From: Camelus ferus
Lineage: Eukaryota
Length of the DNA: 58,977 nucleotides
Direction: 5' to 3'
Assembly (NCBI RefSeq): GCF_009834535.1
Contig: NC_045697.1
Span: 121,212,001 to 121,270,977, forward strand
Both the position numbers and the translations under genes were made by a program. The notes beneath the pieces are model-generated. The model ran no database searches and was not told where the DNA came from. It saw nothing but the letters and a program-made list of their open reading frames with translations. Numbering within the stretch: position 1 is the first letter of the stretch; each line of letters starts with the position of its first letter. This document shows positions 51,224-58,977 of the stretch, in pieces.

Positions 51224-54200
51224 TGGGGGGAGGCCAAGATGGTGGAGTAGAAAGATGCTCATAGCTCACCCTTCCCCACAAATGCACCAAGACTCACATC
51301 CACAGACCCACTCAGCTTACCAGGGAACCTGCAATACTCTGAAAGAACATTTTCCTCTTCAAAAGATAAAGATGACAAAAAATCTGGTAGGAGAAAAGGA
51401 AAAAAGAAGGAAGAAAAGGGAAAACAGAGTGGGACAGTTCCCATGGTTAGGGAGCAGCAAAGAAGGACTGGCACTCTTTCACTGAGTCTCCCCTCTCTAA
51501 CTGAGTGGCCAGTAGGAAGGAGGAGGTGCCTCCAAGGCTTGGATCTGTACAGAGAATCACTTGAATGACAGAACTAAGTTAAACAGGCACAGAGGTTCCC
51601 TTTGACACCCAGCCCAATATGCAGCCCAGCAGCTGGGGGCAGGGCCATGCCTCCCGATCTGGGTGGAAGACAGGGGATGGCTGCATTGAGGCAGCCCAGG
51701 GTGAATGCATTTGTGCTGTGTGCTATGGCAGTGGGTGCACAGGGCATAATAACCTGGGCCCTCCATAAAACTACAGGGCATATTTGCCCTGGTGGTTAGT
51801 GTGCATACCCTCATCTATGAAATTCCACAAATTTGTAGGCGAAGAGATATCAGGCTTATGAACAGACACCATACCCTCTGGCGATTTGCCCCCAGTTGGC
51901 AGTGGGGGATAAACCTGCATACACACCTAACGACTTAGCAGCCTCAAGGGCCAGATGGAGACTTGTCTGCAGCCTGAGGCAGATAGGATCCTTCTGTTCC
52001 CTTTCCTCAGAGAACTGGCTCCACCAAGGACAAACAAAGAGCTGTGTTTTGTCCCAGACCAGGGACAGGGCTGTTCCTCAGCCGCCTCTGACCCCACCTC
52101 CAGGGTGCAAACCTGAGGCGGAGCGCACAGTGGCACAGAGCAGTGGAGTGACCGGCTCCCTGAGGGGGCAGTTGGCCCCCCACATTTTGGGCTGGAATGC
52201 AGGCCCTTACCATGGTGCTGGGAAAGGGCATGATGCCCACTCCTGCCTGGTCAGTCGGCAACATCTGACTGCAGCATTGGGCCGGGCAGTGACAAGCCAG
52301 CCCACAGTGAAGGAGAGCTGCACCTTACCCACTTTTGGGAGTAGGTGCTATTTGCTTGCCGACAGGCACTGGGAGCAGCACAAATAAGGACTCCAATGGA
52401 GAGCCTCTGGAAACAGCAAGCTGAGCTTCCAAATGAGGATGAAGGCAGAAAGACTTCACATTAAATGCACACAGTCTACAGGAGGACACCCACAATCCCC
52501 CTTTTTTAATCTGTTTTTACCTGTTCCATTTTCTATTATCCTCTTAATTTCTACTCCTTAGACAATTATATATACCCCCATATTCATCCCTGTGAAATTT
52601 TATAAAAATAATTTTATTATTATTATTTTTCAAAATTCTGCTTCCACTTGCTTTTCTATTATTCATTATACAATGTTTTCAACCCTTTATTTCTCCCTTC
52701 TTTAAAATTCCTTATCTCTCTGTCTCTTTTTTCTCTTTCCTAAGTTGTATTACTACACAAGCATTAGGTAGATAAACTCTTTTAGGACCACAGTAGATAA
52801 CTGATATTCCATAAAACACAGTGCCAGAGAGGTAGTAGCAAGATTGAAGAAGCAGAGAAACCATTCCCAATTAAAAGAACAAGAGAAATCCCTGAAAGAA
52901 TGATCAGTGAAAAAGACATTGATAGCCTACTAGATCGAGATATCAAAAAAGGACTGATCAAAGTACTGATGGAAATAAAAGAGATAGTGTTTAGCGATAT
53001 AAATTATGTCATAAAGGAAATGGCAGGTTTAAAGAAGATCCGAGTAGAATAGGTAAACTCATTGACTGAGATAAGGAATGATCAAAAGGCTGTGCAAAGC
53101 TGACTAGATAACGCAGAGGAACGAATTAGTGACTTAGAAGACAGGACAGTAGAAAGCACCCAATCAGAAGATGTTCAAGATAAACAACCAGATACAAATG
53201 AAAAAAGCATGAGTGACCTATGGGATAATATAAAGCATGCCAATCATAGCATGATAGAGGTCCCAGAAGGGGAAGAAAAATCAAAGGGGATTGCAAAGTT
53301 GTTTGAAGAAGTCATGACAGAGAACTTCCCAAACTTAAAGAAGGAATGAGATATCCAAGTACAGGAAGCTCAGAGGGTCCCAAACAGGAAGACCCCAAAT
53401 ACACCCACACCAAGACATAAAATTAAGATGTCCAGAGTCAAGGATAAAGCAGTGATCCTAAAGGCAGCAAGAGAAAAGCAAAGAGTGAGTTACAAGGGAA
53501 CCCCCATGAGGATCTCAGCTGATTTCTCTACACAAATACTACAGGCCTTTAGGGAGTGGCAAGGTATATTCAAAATCCTGAATGAAAAACAAAAGATATA
53601 CTCTAGGAAACTTTATCCAGCAAGGCTATCATTTATGATAGAAGGAGAGATAAATATTTTCACAGACAAGAGAAAGCTACAAGGGTTTAGCAACACTAAA
53701 CCCATGCTAAAAGAAATATTGAAAAGTCTACTCTAAATTGAAAAGCAGCAGGAAGATACAGAAATGAGAAACTCACAGCTGGAAAGGTGATAACTCATGA
53801 ATTACAAATAAAATAAACACGAAGTTATAAAACAAGACATACAAATCATTGAGAGTGGGAGAGGGAGGCAGGAAAATCAGAATTTTTTTTTGTCTTTGTT
53901 TTTAAAATTTTTTGTTCTCGGTAGGATGTGTTTGAGATTATATTTACTGTCAGTTTAATAAAAGCAGTTATATTAATGGGCTAATAGACTTATAAAACAG
54001 GGTAACAGCAAGACAAAAACTTACCAGGGAGTCACTAAAAGTAATAAAATTCATGATAATACAAGGGAAAATTACCAAACCATAAAAGGAAGATGAAAGG
54101 AACAAAGAGGAAATAAGAAATCAACTGCAAAAATAAGGCCAAAGTGGCAATAAACACAAACCTGTCATCAGTTACTGTAAATGTGAATGGACCAAATGCT

Positions 54201-57200
54201 TCAGTTGAAAGACTTAGAGTGGCAGGCTGGATAATAAAGCAAGAAACTTAAATATGCTGCATACAAGAGACCCACTTCAGGGAGAAGGACACATATAGAT
54301 TGAGTGTGAAAGGATGGAAAAGGGTATTCCATACAAATGGAAAAGCTAGAAAAGCAGGTGTTGCAGTACTGATTTCAGACAAAATAGATGTTAAAACAAA
54401 GGCCATAAAGAAAGATAAGAAGGACATTTCATAATGATTAAAGGAGTGATACAAGATGAGGATAGTACACTCATTAATACATATGCACCAAAATAGAGTA
54501 GCATCTAAGCACATAAAATAATTAGTAACAGAGATAAAGTGGGATAGTGATGGGAATATAATCATAGACTGAGATTTCAAAACTGCATTAACATTACTGG
54601 ACAGATCACCGAGACAAAAAATAAATAAGGCATGAGAGAAATTAAATATTACAGTAGAAATATTAGTCTTGGTGGATATTTTCAGAGCATTGCAACCCCC
54701 CCAAAATAGGGTATACATTCTTTTCAAGTGCACATGGAGCATTTTCCAGGATTGATCATGTACTTGGGCACAAAAGAAGCCTCAGCAATTTTAAGAAGAT
54801 AGAAATTACCTCGAGCATATTTACTGACCACAATGCCATTAAGCTTGAAATCAACAGCAGAGAAACAAAAGAGAACAAAAGGAAAACTTGGAGATTAAAC
54901 AATGTGTTATTAAAAACCAATGGGTCAATGAAGAAATGCAAGCTGAAGTGAAAAAATATACCTTGAGACAAAAGAAAATGAAAACAAACCACATAAAATT
55001 TATGGGACACAGCAAAAGCAGTGCTAAGATGGGAGTTTATAGTGATACAGGACTTCCTCAAAAAAGAAAAACAATCAGAATAAACAATTTAACCCACCAG
55101 CTGAATGAACTAGAAAAGGAAGAACAAAAAACCCCAAAAGGCAGCAGCAGGAAGGAAATCATAAATATTGTGTAGGAAATAAATAAAATAGAGGTTACAA
55201 AGACCATAGGAAATAAATCAACCAATCCAAAAGCTGGGTTTTTGAGAAAGTAAGAAAAATCGACAAACCTCTGTCCAACTCAAAAAGAAGAAAATTAAGA
55301 GAGCACAACTTAGCAAAATAAGAAAGTAGAAAGAAGAAATTACAACAAATAAAATTGAAATACAGAATATCATACGAGAATATTATGAAAAACTCCATGG
55401 AACCTAACTGGATAACCTAGAGGAGATGGACATGTTTCTGGAAACATACTGTCCACCAAGAATGAATGAAGAAGAAACTGACCCCTTGAACAAACAGATC
55501 ACCAGAAGTGAAATCAAAATAGCAATATAAAACCTCCCTACAAATAACAGTCCAGGACCGGACGGCTTCACTGAGGAATTCTACCAAACATAAAAAGAAG
55601 AACTCATACCAATACTTCTCAAAACCTTCCAGAAGATTGAAAAGGAAGGAATACTCCCAAAGTCATTCTATGAATCCACAATCACCCTGATACCACATCA
55701 AGGGAAAGACACTGCCAAAAAAGAGAATTATAGGCCAAAAACACTGATTAGCTTTGATGCCAGTATCCTCACCAAAATGGTAGCAAATACAATCCAGCAA
55801 CAAATATAAATGATTATACATCATGACCAAATGGGGTTCATTCCAGGGACACAGGGTTGGTTCAACATATTCAAATCAATGAATGTAATACATCACATCA
55901 ACAAGAGGAAGGATCAAACCCACATGATCATCTCAATAGATGCAGGAAAAGCATTTGATAAAATTCAGCACCCATGTATGGTAAAAACGCTCACCAAAGT
56001 GGGCATAGAGGGAACATATCTCAACATCATAAAAGCTATATATAACAAACCTACAGCCAGCATAGTACTGAACGGTGAGAAAGTCAAAATCTTCCAACTA
56101 AAATCTGGGACAAGACAAGGTTGCACACTATCACCACTCCTACTCAACATAGTCTTGGAAGTCCTAACCACAGCAATCAAACGAGAGAAGGAAAAGGGAT
56201 CCAAATAGTAAAGGTAAAAGTCTCACTATACGCAAATTACATGTTTCTATATATAGAAAACCCTACAAGATCCACAAAAAACTACTACAGCTGATCAAAG
56301 GATTCAGCAATGTAGCAGGTTACAAGATTCAGGTTCAAAAATCAGTGGCTATTTCTTCATGCTAACGATTCAGATAATACTATAGAGCTACAGTCAACAT
56401 GACAGCACTGTATTGGTACAAAAACAGACCTATAGGCCAATGGAACAGAATAGAGAGCCCAGAAATGAACCCACAAACTTTTGGCCAATTAATCTTCTAC
56501 AAAGGAGGCAAGAATATACAATGGAATAGAGACAGTCTCTTCAGCAAATGGTGTTGTGAAAACTGGACAGCAGCATGTAAATCAATGAATCTAGAACTCT
56601 CCCTTACACCATAGATACACAAAAAAATCTCAGAATGATTCAAAGACTTAAACATAAGACAAGATAGAATAAACCTCCTAGAGAAAAATAAAGGGAAAAC
56701 ATTATCTGACATACATCTCAAAAATTTTCTCGTAGAAGAAATAAAAGCAAGAAGAAACAATTGAGACCTAATGAAACTTACAAGTCTCTACACTTTAAGC
56801 AAACCAGAGGTAAAACAAAAAGACAACCTACGGAATGGGAAAAAAAATTTTGCCAATGAAACCGACAATGGCTTGATCTTCAGAATATATAAGCAGCTCA
56901 TCCAACTGAATAAGAAAAAACAAACAACCCAATCCAAAAATGGGCAGAAGACCTAAACAAGCAATTCTCCAAGGAAGACATACAGATGATGAAAAAGCAC
57001 ATGAAAAAATGCTCATTATCACTGATTATCAGAGAAATGCCTATCAAAACTACAATGAGGTATCATCTCACACCAGTCAGAATGGCCATCATTCAAAAAA
57101 TCCACAAATGGACAATGCTGGAGAGGCTGTGGAGAAATAGGGAACCCTCCTACACTGCTGGTGGGAATGCAGTTTGGTGCAGCCACTCTGGAAATCAGGA

Positions 57201-57890
57201 TGGAGATTCCTCAAAAGCCTAGGAATAGACTTATATTATGACCCAGGAATCCCACTCTTGGGCATAAATCATCAGAAGGAACCCTACTTCAGGATGACAC
57301 CTGCACCCCAATGTTCATAGCCATGCACTATTTACAATAGCCAAGGACATGGAAACAGCCTAAATAGTCCATTGACAGATGACTGTTACTAAAAAAAAAA
57401 AGCAGTATACTTATACAATGGATTACTACTCAGCCTTATAAACTGAAAACAGAATGCCATTTTCAAGCGACATGGATGTTCCTGTAGAATGTCATTCTAA
57501 GTGAAGTAATCCAGAAAGAGAAGAAAATACCATATGAATTGCTCATATGTGAAATCTAAAAAGAAATGAAAGAAAACCAAAACAAGCATAAATACAAAAA
57601 AAAAAAAAATAAAAAAGACTCACAGACATAGAAATACGAAGTTTTATTGCCAAAATTGCGGGGGTTGGGAATAGATAGACTGAGATGCCAAAATTGTAGA
57701 ATAGATAAACAAGATTGTACTGTGTAGCACAGGGAAATATATAAAAGATTCTTATGGCAAGCTCAGAAAGAAAAAATTGACAACATGTAGATATAATGTT
57801 CTTTATAACTGAAAAACTGTAGTCCTACTATTGGAATTTGAGACAACATTTTGAAATGATTATAAAATCAATAAATGTGTTTATAAAATA
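51224..57890 (+). mobile_element. Near-full-length younger L1 (5' UTR, ORF1 ~52845-53736, ORF2 ~54140-57500, 3' UTR), inactivated
   Basis: 5' end GGGGGGAGGCCAAGATGG (YY1-type motif). ORF1 C-terminus ILKAAREKQ..YPARLSF (53428-53736). ORF2 fragments [41 protein letters not shown] and [11 protein letters not shown]. Multiple stops and frameshifts. Confidence 0.9.
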
Positions 57891-58977
57891 TAAACCAATG
57901 GGACCTGATTAAAATTTCAAGCTTTTGCACCAGCAAGGATATATAAGCAAGACAAAAATTCAACTACAGTATTGGAGAAAAATACATTTATATAGAAATT
58001 GATGGAGCTTTATTTCCAGACTGTGTAAATTGCTCATACAAGTTAATAACAGAAACAAACAAAGAAAAAGTGAAACAAACAACCCAATCCAAAATAGGCA
58101 GAGGACCTCATCATGCAATTCTCCAAAGAAGTGATACAAGTGACCAATAAGCATATGAAAAAATGCTCAACATTTATAATTATCAGAGAAAGCAAATCAA
58201 AACTACTATGAATTATCAAATTAACAGTCAAAATGACCATCATTCAAAGGGCACAAAGGAAAAATGATGGAGAAGTGGTGCAGAAAAGTGAACCCTCCTT
58301 CACTGCCAGTGGGAAAGCAATTTGATTAGCCATTATGGACAGCAGCATGGAAATTCCTCAAAAAACTGAAAATAGGCTTATCTTATGATCCAGCAATCCC
58401 ATTCCTGGGCATTATACACAGGGAGCTGTCATTCAAATAGATACAATTTCCACAATATTCATTGCTTTACTATTTACAATAGCCAAGACTGGAAAACAGC
58501 CTAAATGTTAATCAACTGTTGCCTAAAGAAGTTGTCATATATGTATACAATGTAGTACTCCACAGCCATAAAATATATTAAAACAATGCCATTTGCAGCA
58601 ACATTAATGGAACTGAGGAATTTCATTCCAAGTGAAGTAAGCCAGAAAGAGAAATAATAATACCATATGATGTCACTCATGTGTGGAATAAAAAAAAAAA
58701 AAAAAAAAGAAAAAAAACTTATCTCCAAAATAGAAAAAAGACCTACATAAAAAACAAACTTATTGTTAGCAGTAGGGGAAAGATATGGGAAGGGATAAAT
58801 CAGGCATTTGAGTTTTGCAGATATTAACAGATAAAATAGATAAACAATAAGTTCATACTGTGTAGCACAGGAAATTATATTCAATATCTTTAGTAACTAT
58901 GATGAAAAATAATATAAAAATTAATCTATGTATGTTCATGTATGTTTGAAGCATTACCAGAAATTGACACAGCATTG
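57891..58977 (+). mobile_element. Further L1 3' portion (ORF2 end and 3' UTR)
   Basis: AATGGGACCTGATTAAA, GATCCAGCAATCCCA, TGCCATTTGCAGCAACA, AAGTGAAGTAAGCCAGAAAGAGAAA. Confidence 0.8.

Noticed and set aside
51255..52387. Cluster of overlapping ORFs up to 163 aa
   Set aside because: This is the GC-rich L1 5' UTR, where stop codons are scarce. No protein family is recognisable.

Overview
This is mammalian genomic DNA, most likely camelid (alpaca/llama/camel), judged from a Vic-1-like tRNA-derived SINE at 2607-2790. It is assembled as three contigs joined by two 100-N gaps (15708-15807, 37759-37858). The only recognisable genes are two copies of the two-exon testis gene HSFY, arranged head-to-head in the arms of a near-perfect palindrome: left arm 15808-20346 (cut by the gap), a 2168-bp spacer, and right arm 22515-~26892. 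The left copy encodes an intact 398-aa protein. The right copy has two 1-bp insertions that look like consensus artefacts from collapsed paralogues rather than true frameshifts. Both promoters carry an RFX X-box next to a CRE-like site. Contig 1 is intergenic sequence rich in ancient repeats (MIR, L2, MER20, MLT1, MER41-like LTRs). The rest is saturated with L1, including a near-full-length dead L1 at ~51224-57890. I see no clearly novel biological system. The most notable items are the compact HSFY palindrome, its arm-to-arm divergence pattern, and a repeat-poor island with a candidate exon near 38-39 kb. Repeat family names are from recall and their boundaries are approximate.
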